The notes beneath the pieces are model-generated. The model searched no databases. It was not told the origin of the DNA and saw only the letters and a list, made by a program, of their open reading frames with translations. From positions 768,001 to 832,000 of the forward strand of contig CAVZYA010000001.1 of NCBI GenBank assembly GCA_963779415.1: DNA of 64,000 bases. Reading direction: 5' to 3'. The translations under genes and the position numbers were made by a program. Source of the DNA: an uncultured Acidobacteriota bacterium (lineage in GTDB: Bacteria > Acidobacteriota > Thermoanaerobaculia > UBA5066). Below, in pieces: positions 39,298 to 47,516 of the stretch. Within the stretch, counting starts at the first letter, position 1. Each line of letters starts with the position of its first letter.

Positions 39298-40407
39298 ATG
39301 AAAGCTTACGTGGGAGTGGACGTGCACAGCAAGTCGAGCGTATTCGTGATTCAGAACGAGCGGGGCGAGGAGCTGGGGCGGGGCGAAGTGCCGACGTCTG
39401 CGAAGGGATTCAGGGCGCTTCGAGAGCGGTTTCGGCTCGAGGCGTCCACGGCTGTGGCGCTCGAGTCGGGGACGATGGCGTTCTTCGCGGCGCGACAGCT
39501 GAGGGAGCTTGGACTGTCCCCTTTGGTGGTGGATGCGCGGGAAGTCCGGATGAAAGCGCACCGGCCAAAGCAGAAGAGCGACACGCGGGATGCCGGGGCG
39601 CTCTGCGCCGGCCTTCGCCAGGGGATTTACGAAGCCATCGTCCACGTGCCGCCGGAAAGGATCGAGCACCTGCGGAACACGCTCTCTCGCCGCCGGCACT
39701 TCGTGCGGCTGGCCACAGCTGAGATCAACGCAGCCAAGAAGATGCTTCGCAGCGCGGGACTGTCCGATCTGAGCCGGCAGACCCTGGGGACAGAGCACGC
39801 GTGGCGCCGCCTGCTGCGGGCACTTTTCGACCAACCTCAGGTCCGGAGCTTCGTCGAGCTGCACCGGCGGGCCTGGCAGAGCGCGATGGAGCAGAAGACC
39901 ACCTGCGAAAAGAGCCTCGGGGAGCAGCAGGCGCTCTTTCGGGAAGAGCTCGAGAGGCTCCGGACAGTGCCGGGCGTGGGTGAGATCGTCGCCCTGACGG
40001 CCATCGCGGTCTTCTCGGATGTCACACGATTTCCCAGCGCCAAGCACGCCGCCAGTTACGCGGGCCTCGTCCCCCAGACGTACCAGTCGGGCGAAACGAA
40101 CCGCCAGGGCCACATCACCCGGACCGGCTCGCCCGAGCTGCGCGCCATGCTCGTGCAGGCGGCTCACACGGCCCGAAGGCAAAGCAGCCCCCTGCACCCG
40201 TTCCTGAGAGATCTCAGCCTGCGTCTGGGCGCCCGGCGAGCCGTCATCGCCGTGGCGCACCGGCTCTGCCGGGTGCTGTACGCGATGCTGCGCGACAAGA
40301 CGGTCTTCGATGCCTCGAAGCTGAAAGCCCACGAGCCTTGCCCGCGCGTCGCCGGCGCACGGCTCTATCGGCTGAAACCTCAACCCAGGAGGACCGTGAT
40401 TCGCTAA
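39298..40407 (+). CDS. IS110 family DEDD transposase/recombinase
   Basis: 'YVGVDVHS', 'ALESG', 'KSDTRDA', 'TVPGVG', 'YAGLVPQTYQSG', 'AVAHRL'. Confidence 0.95.
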   Translation: MKAYVGVDVHSKSSVFVIQNERGEELGRGEVPTSAKGFRALRERFRLEASTAVALESGTMAFFAARQLRELGLSPLVVDAREVRMKAHRPKQKSDTRDAGALCAGLRQGIYEAIVHVPPERIEHLRNTLSRRRHFVRLATAEINAAKKMLRSAGLSDLSRQTLGTEHAWRRLLRALFDQPQVRSFVELHRRAWQSAMEQKTTCEKSLGEQQALFREELERLRTVPGVGEIVALTAIAVFSDVTRFPSAKHAASYAGLVPQTYQSGETNRQGHITRTGSPELRAMLVQAAHTARRQSSPLHPFLRDLSLRLGARRAVIAVAHRLCRVLYAMLRDKTVFDASKLKAHEPCPRVAGARLYRLKPQPRRTVIR

Positions 40408-40555
40408 GAGGGCAAGAGCACGCCGCAACTGTTGCCGAGAATCGGATGGATGACCCCGCTGCTGAACGCTGAGCGAAAGAGCTCGGGATATCGTCTGGGG
40501 CGCCATCCGCTGAAGTGATACGTGGGGCATTGACCCCGAATGGACGCGTGGCCGG
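40408..40555 (+). ncRNA. Putative bridge/seekRNA region of the IS110 element
   Basis: GATATCGT (40487-40494) equals the left target flank; CCGCTGAA (40507-40514) is the reverse complement of the right part of the target; a small hairpin lies between them. Confidence 0.65.
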
Positions 40556-40616
40556 CGGCTTCAAGCGGCAAGAAGACCCATCCAACGACGAGGCGCTTGA
40601 CAAGAATCTTCATGGG

Positions 40617-40646
40617 CGCGTTCAGCGGCGAGCGGAGCGAGTCCGC
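40617..40646. repeat. attC-like repeat, copy B
   Basis: Matches 37950-37979; abuts the stop of 40646..41044. Confidence 0.65.
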
Positions 40647-41044
40647 TACCAAGCGCCACTTGATCCTGATGCCTCGAACTCAACGACTTTCGTAAGGCGA
40701 AGGGTAACGCCCATCAGTTGGATGTTTCGAGCGCCGGGCGCCACGCGGAAGAGGCTACCGTGCGCTCCGGCAAGTTCACGATAGTAGCGTTCGACCTCCA
40801 AGCTGAACGCCTGATGATTGAACGGGCCGGGATAGGAGGCGAGGTCGGGAGGGCCAACCTCAAGCGGGTTGTCGGACTCGAACTTGGCGCCGACGATCTG
40901 TTTCACGTCGCAGTGAAGCCCCGTCAATTCGCGACCGTTCACTTCGAGAGTGAAGAACACGCGCGACACCATGTGCTCATCGTCGCTGGCGAATTCCTGT
41001 GAGTTCACTTCGCACTTCAAGAATGTGATGCGAATGGTGGGCAT
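40646..41044 (-). CDS. Hypothetical protein (cassette-like ORF)
   Basis: 132 aa with globular composition, RBS GAGGAG upstream, lower GC. Confidence 0.65.
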   Translation of the reverse strand: MPTIRITFLKCEVNSQEFASDDEHMVSRVFFTLEVNGRELTGLHCDVKQIVGAKFESDNPLEVGPPDLASYPGPFNHQAFSLEVERYYRELAGAHGSLFRVAPGARNIQLMGVTLRLTKVVEFEASGSSGAW

Positions 41045-41220
41045 CGCGCGCTCCTCTTCGGACGCCCCAGAGTACTGCGCCGAAGGCCGGGAGCGAAGCG
41101 CGCCGCTCTACTCGAAGGATGTCACGCGCGGCAGCTGGTCCGCGTCGTCGGCGAGTTCGCAGCGAGACGCGCAGCACGAACGCTCGACCCGTAAACCGTT
41201 GAGCGTGCAGTCCGTCGAGG

Positions 41221-41263
41221 GCTTGGGAAGCTGACGTTCTGCCGCTGAACTACACCCGCTCGA
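41221..41263 (-). repeat. Displaced 5' half of tRNA-Gly (att site)
   Basis: 43 bp identical to 36850-36892; identity stops just after the anticodon loop. Confidence 0.92.
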
Positions 41264-41275
41264 GGGCGGAGGGCT

Positions 41276-41304
41276 GTTTTACCCGCGCCCGGGGGGCGCG
41301 TCAA
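41276..41304 (-). promoter_or_regulatory. Putative sigma70 promoter, likely the original tRNA-Gly promoter
   Basis: Minus strand TTGACG-N17-TAAAAC, ending 16 bp upstream of the tRNA 5'-half copy. Confidence 0.6.
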
Positions 41305-41891
41305 GGCTCGGGAGGCCCCGGAGCCTCTTCCCCGTGCCGCGCGATGCCGCGGGAGGACCGGAGGACGTAGTGGAGCCCCGATCCGACGGCGAGGGCGGCG
41401 ACGATCCCGAAGAAGGCCCGCGCGACCTGGGCCGGGAGCACTTCGACGTTCGCTAGGAGGATCGCGACGATCAGGCAGATCTCGGAAAAGGTCGTCAGCT
41501 TCCCGAGGACGGACGGCGGGAACTCCCGCGTACCGAGCGCGAGGTACATCACGAGCGAGACGACGAGGATCAGGACGTCCCGGAAAATCGTCAGGACGAG
41601 GAGCCAGATCGGGACGTGGACGACGGTCGGCGTCGCTCGAAGCGAGAAGACGACGAAGCTGGAGACGAGGAAGAGCTTGTCGGCGATCGGGTCGAGGTAG
41701 GCCCCGAGCGGCGAGCCCATGCCGAAATGCCGGGCGAGGTAGCCGTCCACGATGTCCGTGATCGCGGCGACGAGGAAGATGACGAGCGCCAGAGAGTGCC
41801 GCCCGTCGAGGATCGTCATGACGAGGAACGGGAGGGCGACGAGGCGGAGGAAGGTGAGGAGGTTCGGCAGGGTCCACGGGCGGAGCTCCAT
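41301..41891 (-). CDS. CDP-alcohol phosphatidyltransferase (PgsA-like)
   Basis: 'PNLLTFLRL', 'TDIVDGYLAR..SPLGAYLDPIADK'. Confidence 0.9.
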   Translation of the reverse strand: MELRPWTLPNLLTFLRLVALPFLVMTILDGRHSLALVIFLVAAITDIVDGYLARHFGMGSPLGAYLDPIADKLFLVSSFVVFSLRATPTVVHVPIWLLVLTIFRDVLILVVSLVMYLALGTREFPPSVLGKLTTFSEICLIVAILLANVEVLPAQVARAFFGIVAALAVGSGLHYVLRSSRGIARHGEEAPGPPEP

Positions 41892-41903
41892 GCCGCCGCC
41901 CCG

Positions 41904-42603
41904 TCAGCGTCCCGGACCGGGTGCGGGGGGCGGAGTCCGGATCGCCCTCCTCGATCCGGACGTAGACGACGCGTCCCTTCGGGACGATCAACTGCTCCGC
42001 CGCCATCTGGGACATGGTCCGTGAGACGGTCTCGCGGCTCGACCCGATCGTATCGGCGATCTCCCGCTGCGCGGGGCGGACGACGACGGCCCACCCTCCA
42101 CCGGCCTTCCGCCCCCGCGCGGCCGCCAGCTCGCGGAAGTAGCGCGCGAGACGGCTCTTCACGTCGAGAGAGGCGAGCCCTTCGATCGTCGCGTTCGCCC
42201 GGCGCAGGCGGCGCGAGAACGTGCGGAGGAGCGCGCACGTGAGAAGGAAGTTCGACCGGAGAAGCTCGAAGAAGACCTCCCGCGAGAGAACGACCAGCTC
42301 GGACCGCTCCTGCGCGACGACCGTCGCCGATCGCGGCTCCTCGTCGACGAGCGCCATTTCGCCGAAATGGTCCCCTTCGCCGAGAGAGCCGACGACGACC
42401 TCGCGCCCGTCCGGCGAGAGGATCGTGACGGCCACGCGTCCGCGGACGATGACGAAGAAGCTCTCCCCCGGCTGCCCCTGCCGGACGATCACCTCGCCCC
42501 GGCGATAGACCCGCATCTGCGCGACCTTCTGGAGCGTCGCACGCTCGGCGGTCGAGAGCCCTTCGAAGAGCGGCACCCTCTGGAAGAGGTCCGTCCCCGT
42601 CAT
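41904..42603 (-). CDS. Crp/Fnr family regulator (probable indel in the G-run near 41927 before the stop)
   Basis: cNMP domain 'FGEMAL..PRSATV'; HTH 'QREIADTIGSSRETVSR'. Confidence 0.88.
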
Positions 42604-43904
42604 CGCGCGCCACCTCCCTGTCCCGCCCGGGCCGACGCCATGAGGCCCCGGACGGCCTCGCGACCGCTGAGCGTTCGCGCCGTCGTGGCCGGAAGTATCC
42701 CGCACTTTTCCAGCGAGGCGGCGGAAGGGCGTTCGTCGGCGAGACATTCCGGAAGGGGCGAGCCGCCGCTCGAAAGAAGGGCGACCCGCCGAAAGATCCC
42801 GGCCGCTTCCGTCCGCGAGACCGGCTGGTCGGCCCCGACCCGGTGGGTCTCGCGGGAGACGGAGAAGAAATGGAGGGCGATCGCCCGGACGAGCGCCTGG
42901 CTCTCGGCACGGTCCACGGCGTCCACGGCCACCTCGGGGGCCGCCGGGTCGTGCGCGTCGCGCACCTCCGGGACGAGCCACCAGGCGAGAACCGCCATCT
43001 GCGCGCGGGTCAACCGCGGGGAAAGCGCGGCGCGGCGGGCAGCCTCGGGGAGGTTCTGTACCTGGAACTGGAAGCGCGCCTCCTCGAGGGAAGCCTCCGT
43101 CTCCGGGTGACGCTTCGCGAGATCGCCGTAAAGCGCCACGGCCTCGGCATATCGGGCGCTCTTCATGGCGAGCCCCGCGGTCACCTCGGTCCACGAGTCG
43201 TCGGCCGGACCGAGCGCGTGCGCCTTCGCGGCGGCCGTGTACGCGTCCTCGAGGCGTCCCTCGTCCTCGGCCGACCGCGCGAGAAAGCGGTAACCCGCCG
43301 GAGAGGAGGGGTCGATCTCGACGAGGGCGAGGGCGGCGCGGCGCGCCGCCGGAAGGTCCTTCTTCGCGAGAGCGGCCTCCGCGTCGTCCGAGGTCTTCGC
43401 GACCAGCGACGTCCGGACCGCCGCGAGGCGGTCGCCGACGCGTGGATCCTCCGGAAGAGCGATCACGAGCTTTCGATAACCTTCGAGAGCCTCCCGGTCC
43501 TTCCCTTCCGCCGCGTCGAGGTCGGCGAGCGCCTCCGCCGCCGGCACCCACCCGGGGTTCTCCTTCACGAGCGCCGTCAGGCTCTCCCGGGCCGCGCTGA
43601 AGCGGGAGGTCAGAAGGTCCGCATAGGCGAGGCCGAGTCGGAACGGAGCGGGCGTGGCGCTTTTCGCAGCCGCCAGGGAGAAGGTCTTCCGGGCTTTCAC
43701 GATCTTTCCCGCCCGAAGCTCTTCCATGCCGCTTCGGAGGTCCCGGGCGTCCGAAGCCGAGAGCGTCCCGGGCGGAAGCGAGAACGCCGGATCGCGGATA
43801 CCGAACGGAGCGTCGGGCGCGGGCACTTCGGGCACGGGCGCGGAGGCGCACCCGGTCACGAGAAGGCCGAGCGCGATCGCCGCGGCCGCGGGCCGGATCT
43901 TCAA
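42600..43904 (-). CDS. TPR-containing lipoprotein
   Basis: TTG start, lipobox LVTGC, helical TPR-like repeats. Confidence 0.7.
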   Translation of the reverse strand: MKIRPAAAAIALGLLVTGCASAPVPEVPAPDAPFGIRDPAFSLPPGTLSASDARDLRSGMEELRAGKIVKARKTFSLAAAKSATPAPFRLGLAYADLLTSRFSAARESLTALVKENPGWVPAAEALADLDAAEGKDREALEGYRKLVIALPEDPRVGDRLAAVRTSLVAKTSDDAEAALAKKDLPAARRAALALVEIDPSSPAGYRFLARSAEDEGRLEDAYTAAAKAHALGPADDSWTEVTAGLAMKSARYAEAVALYGDLAKRHPETEASLEEARFQFQVQNLPEAARRAALSPRLTRAQMAVLAWWLVPEVRDAHDPAAPEVAVDAVDRAESQALVRAIALHFFSVSRETHRVGADQPVSRTEAAGIFRRVALLSSGGSPLPECLADERPSAASLEKCGILPATTARTLSGREAVRGLMASARAGQGGGAR

Positions 43905-44158
43905 GCCGCCGGCGGGCGGGGAACGGCGTTCGTCGTCGGGAGCGTCCCCGCACCCACGATCGCGACGGAGGCGATGGCGTGCTTGTAGATCATCTCCTCG
44001 CGGCCGTCGACCTCGAGGACGATCGCGAAGCGGTCGAAGCGCCGGATCCGGCCGACGCGCACCTTCTCGGAGAGGAGCGTCACCTCGACCGGCGTGTTGT
44101 CCTTCCGGAGCTGGTAGAAGAAACCGTCCTGCACGTTGATGGGGGGCTTCACGTTCAT
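43901..44158 (-). CDS. hfq: RNA chaperone Hfq
   Basis: 'NVQDGFF..LRK', 'FDRFAI', 'MIYKHAIAS'; downstream of miaA. Confidence 0.92.
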   Translation of the reverse strand: MNVKPPINVQDGFFYQLRKDNTPVEVTLLSEKVRVGRIRRFDRFAIVLEVDGREEMIYKHAIASVAIVGAGTLPTTNAVPRPPAA

Positions 44159-45108
44159 CCGGGACTCCCTTCGAAAAAAGAGGGAAAGAGAGGTCGCGCG
44201 AGCGCGACGACGAGATCGGAAAGATCCGCCCGGTCTGCCCGGAGCGGCACGAGGTTCTTTTCGCGGCGAAACCAGGTCTCCTGGCGCTTCGCGTACCGGC
44301 GGGTCTCGCGGAGGATCCTCTCCTCCCACTCGGCCCGTTCGATCCGCCCGGCAAGGAGATCCGCCGTCTCGCGGTAGCCGATGGCGGCGAACGCGGGGGC
44401 GTCGGCGGGAACTCCCCCCTCGAGCAACCGGCGGACTTCAGCGGGGAGTTCGGGCGCCATCGATTCGCGGAATCTCCGATCGATTCTTCCATACAGGACC
44501 GGACGGGGCAACGTGAGGAGAACGCGGACGGCGGGCTCCTCCCACCGCTCGCCGGGGCGCTCGGCGAAGAGGGCCGTGGGACGGTGCCCGGTCGCGAGCG
44601 CGATCTCGAGAAGACGGATGGAGCGTGCGGCGTCGTTCGGAAGGACGCGTCCGGCCGCGTCGGCGTCGAGGACCGAGAGCATCTTCCGGAGGAAGGGAGC
44701 GCCTCTCCGGGCCGCGACCGCCGCGAGCGCGGCACGAACGAGGGGCTCCCGGCGTGGTCCGACGAAGAGCCCCTCGAAGAAGGTACGGACGTAGAAGCCG
44801 GTCCCGCCGCAGAGGACGGGGAGGCGCCCGCGCCCGAGGATCTCGCGGGCGATGCGGCGCGCCTCGAAGGCGAAGGCTCCGGCGTTCCACGGCTCTCCCG
44901 GGTCCCGGACGTCGACGAGGTGGTGCACGACCCGCCCCCGTTCGGCCGGCGTCGGCTTGGCGGTCCCGACGTCGAGGCCGCGATAGACCGCGAAGGCGTC
45001 GGCCGAGATCACCTCTCCCCCGAGCCTCTCCGCCACCGCGACGGCGAGGGAGGACTTCCCGGTCGCCGTGGCGCCCAGGATCGCGAGGACGCCGCGGGGA
45101 CCCGTCAC
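44155..45108 (-). CDS. miaA: tRNA dimethylallyltransferase
   Basis: 'GATATGKS', 'DVGTAKP', 'GGTGFY', 'AIGYRE', 'TRRYAKRQETW'. Confidence 0.95.
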   Translation of the reverse strand: MTGPRGVLAILGATATGKSSLAVAVAERLGGEVISADAFAVYRGLDVGTAKPTPAERGRVVHHLVDVRDPGEPWNAGAFAFEARRIAREILGRGRLPVLCGGTGFYVRTFFEGLFVGPRREPLVRAALAAVAARRGAPFLRKMLSVLDADAAGRVLPNDAARSIRLLEIALATGHRPTALFAERPGERWEEPAVRVLLTLPRPVLYGRIDRRFRESMAPELPAEVRRLLEGGVPADAPAFAAIGYRETADLLAGRIERAEWEERILRETRRYAKRQETWFRREKNLVPLRADRADLSDLVVALARPLFPSFFEGSPG

Positions 45109-47504
45109 CTCCTCCCTCCGGGCACGCTCTCCGGAAAGAGCGGGAGGATCCGTCCCCCCCGGACGAGGAGCGCCACGTCTCCGTCGTGGTCCGTCCGGAA
45201 CGTCTTCACGCGCGCTTCGGAGAGACGCGCGAGGACGGCCGGAGACGGATGGCCGAACCGGTTGTGCCGGCCGACGCCGATGAGGGCGACGCGCGGCGCC
45301 ACGGCCGCGAGCAGCTCCGGGATCGTCGAGGTCGCGCTGCCGTGGTGGGCCACCTTCAGGATGTCGGCGCGAAGGGAGGCTGGCCGGTCCAGGAGGTCAC
45401 GCTCCGCAGGGGCCTCCACGTCGCCCATGAGAAGGATCGTCCGCCCCTCGACCTGGGTCCGGAGGACGAGCGAGCTGTTGTTCTCCGGAGAGCGGAGATA
45501 CGGATGCCCGGACGGATGGAGAACGTCGAAGTCGAATCCTCCTGCCGGGAAGCGGTCCCCGGCCGCGAGGCGCCGGAGCGGGAGGCGCCGGCGCTCGGCC
45601 GCCTCCAGAAACTCGTCGAGAAACTCGTTCCGGGGCGCCGTGGCCGGGAGGAAAACCTCGCCGACCGGAAGGAGCGCGAGGACGGCGAGTAGGCCGCGCG
45701 AATGGTCCGGATGAGGATGCGTCAGGACGACCGCGTCGAGGGAGACGACCCCGCGGTCCGCGAGCTTCGGGAGGAGGCGGAGCCTCCCCATCTCGTAGTC
45801 GCGATCGCGGCTGCCGCCGCCGTCGACGAGGACCCGTCCTTGCGGGGAGACGAGAAGCCACGCGTCTCCCTGCCCCACGTCGAGCGCCTGGAGGCGCGCC
45901 GTCCCCGGTTCGGCAGGCGGCGCACGGCGGACGAGGAGGAATCCCATCACGGCGGCCGCGAGAGCGACCGAGCCCCGGCGCGCCGCGGCGAGGCGCGCCG
46001 TTCCCGCAACGAGGAGGAGGAGCGCCACGAAAACCGACAGAAGGTACGGCGGGGTCGAAATGAAGCGGACCGCCCCGAGCCCGTCGAGGACCGAGAGAAC
46101 CCCCACCATCGCGTCCGAAAGGAGCCGGAGCGGCCCGACCGCGGCCGCCGCGGCGAGCGGCGAGACGAGAAGGAGAGGCGACAGCAGGATCGCCAGATAG
46201 AGGAAGAGGACCGAGAGCGGCACGACGATCGGGTTCGAGAGGAGTCCCACGAACGGAACGACGTTGAAGACGAAGGCCTGGATCGGGAAGACCGCCAGCT
46301 CCGCGCCGACCGTCGCCGCGGCCGCGTCGACGGCGATCGCCGGGCGAAGCCCCTTTTCCCGCAGCCACCTCGCGATCGGTGCGCCGAACGCCGAGAGGCC
46401 GAAGACGGCGGCGAACGTCAGGAGGAAGCCGACGTCGAAGAGGTCCTCCGGTTCGGCCAGAAGGAGGACCAGCGCCGAAAACCCGACGACCTGTCCGGGC
46501 GACGTCGGCCGCCCGATCAGGCGCGAGCCGAGGTAGAGCGCGATCATCAGCGCCGCGCGAAAAACGGGAGGCCGCCCCCCCGCGAAGACGGCGAAGAGAA
46601 GCGTCGCGGCGAGCGTCGCCGAGTCGCGCGCCCGGACGGAGAGGTGCAAGGTCGACAGGAGGAAGCCCAGCCCCGCGGCGACGAGAGCCACCTGGAGGCC
46701 GGAGATGGCGACGATGTGGGCGACGCCGCCGTCCCGGAACGCCGCGACGGTCTCGGCCGGAAGATCGGCCGTCTCTCCCATCGCGAATGCGAGGACGAAG
46801 GCCACGGCCCGGCGGTCCTCCGCGGACGCGTCGGCCAGATTCCGCTTGAGGCGCCGCTTCACCGCCGCGTGGAGGCTCTGGAGAAAGCCGAGGGGACCGG
46901 CCGGACCTGCGATTCGGTCGATCTGACCGGCGCTCTTGAGAACGAGGCGAGGCTGAGCCGGGAAGCGGAAGGGAGAGCGCGCGGAGGGAGGATCCTCCGG
47001 CAGCCGGACCGGACCGCGCACGCGGATCCGGTCCCCGATCTCCGCCACGTCCGAGGGGTCCGCTCCCCCGGCGACGACGAGCGCAACCGGCGCCTCGAAG
47101 GCGACCGGAAGGCCGCCCGACGTCGCCGACTCCACGTCGAGGCGCGCCCGAAAGAGCGAGCCGCTTCGGCTCCAGAGCCGGTCGATCCGCCCCGTCACCT
47201 CTACGACCGCGTTCTCACCGAGCGCGCGCGCTGCCTCTTCCGTCCTCTCGGCCGGGAGAAGAAAGCTCGCCCGGAACCGGACCCCGCCTGCGACGGCGAA
47301 GACGAGCACGGCGCCGACGATCCCGAGCCGCCGGTCGCCCCGGAGGGAGACCGCCGCCGCCGCGAGGCCGAGGGTCGCGAGGAGCCCCGCGACCGTGGCC
47401 GAGGGGGGCACCGGGAGGAGAGCCGAGAGGGCGATCCCGGAGGCCGCAGCGAACGCGGCGGGAACCGCCGGGGCGCCGGCGTCCGCGGACCACGATCTCA
47501 TCAT
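45105..47504 (-). CDS. comEC: ComEC/Rec2 DNA uptake channel with MBL domain
   Basis: 'HIVAISGLQV', 'DVGQGDA', 'THPHPDH', 'KVAHHGS', 'NRFGHP'. Confidence 0.92.
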   Translation of the reverse strand: MMRSWSADAGAPAVPAAFAAASGIALSALLPVPPSATVAGLLATLGLAAAAVSLRGDRRLGIVGAVLVFAVAGGVRFRASFLLPAERTEEAARALGENAVVEVTGRIDRLWSRSGSLFRARLDVESATSGGLPVAFEAPVALVVAGGADPSDVAEIGDRIRVRGPVRLPEDPPSARSPFRFPAQPRLVLKSAGQIDRIAGPAGPLGFLQSLHAAVKRRLKRNLADASAEDRRAVAFVLAFAMGETADLPAETVAAFRDGGVAHIVAISGLQVALVAAGLGFLLSTLHLSVRARDSATLAATLLFAVFAGGRPPVFRAALMIALYLGSRLIGRPTSPGQVVGFSALVLLLAEPEDLFDVGFLLTFAAVFGLSAFGAPIARWLREKGLRPAIAVDAAAATVGAELAVFPIQAFVFNVVPFVGLLSNPIVVPLSVLFLYLAILLSPLLLVSPLAAAAAVGPLRLLSDAMVGVLSVLDGLGAVRFISTPPYLLSVFVALLLLVAGTARLAAARRGSVALAAAVMGFLLVRRAPPAEPGTARLQALDVGQGDAWLLVSPQGRVLVDGGGSRDRDYEMGRLRLLPKLADRGVVSLDAVVLTHPHPDHSRGLLAVLALLPVGEVFLPATAPRNEFLDEFLEAAERRRLPLRRLAAGDRFPAGGFDFDVLHPSGHPYLRSPENNSSLVLRTQVEGRTILLMGDVEAPAERDLLDRPASLRADILKVAHHGSATSTIPELLAAVAPRVALIGVGRHNRFGHPSPAVLARLSEARVKTFRTDHDGDVALLVRGGRILPLFPESVPGGRR

Positions 47505-47516
47505 GCGGCCGGTACT

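Larger units (their letters stand above)
39187..40564 (+). mobile_element. IS110-family (IS1111-like) insertion sequence
   Basis: Transposase flanked by 7/8 inverted ends TGAAGACG (39188) and CGGCTTCA (40556-40563); boundaries +/- a few nt. Confidence 0.8.
36893..41220. mobile_element. Decayed genomic island bounded by a 43-bp direct repeat of the tRNA-Gly 5' half
   Basis: 36850-36892 is identical to 41221-41263; contains an integrase remnant, an IS110 element and lower-GC ORFs. Confidence 0.8.

Noticed and set aside
31120-41263. Repeated ~24-43 bp sequences as a CRISPR array
   Set aside because: They are tRNA-Gly fragments spaced irregularly (0.3-5.4 kb apart), with no regular spacers and no cas genes
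41122-43953. 943-aa ORF as one protein
   Set aside because: Only the central Crp part is real; the flanks overlap the TPR lipoprotein and pgsA-like genes in other frames
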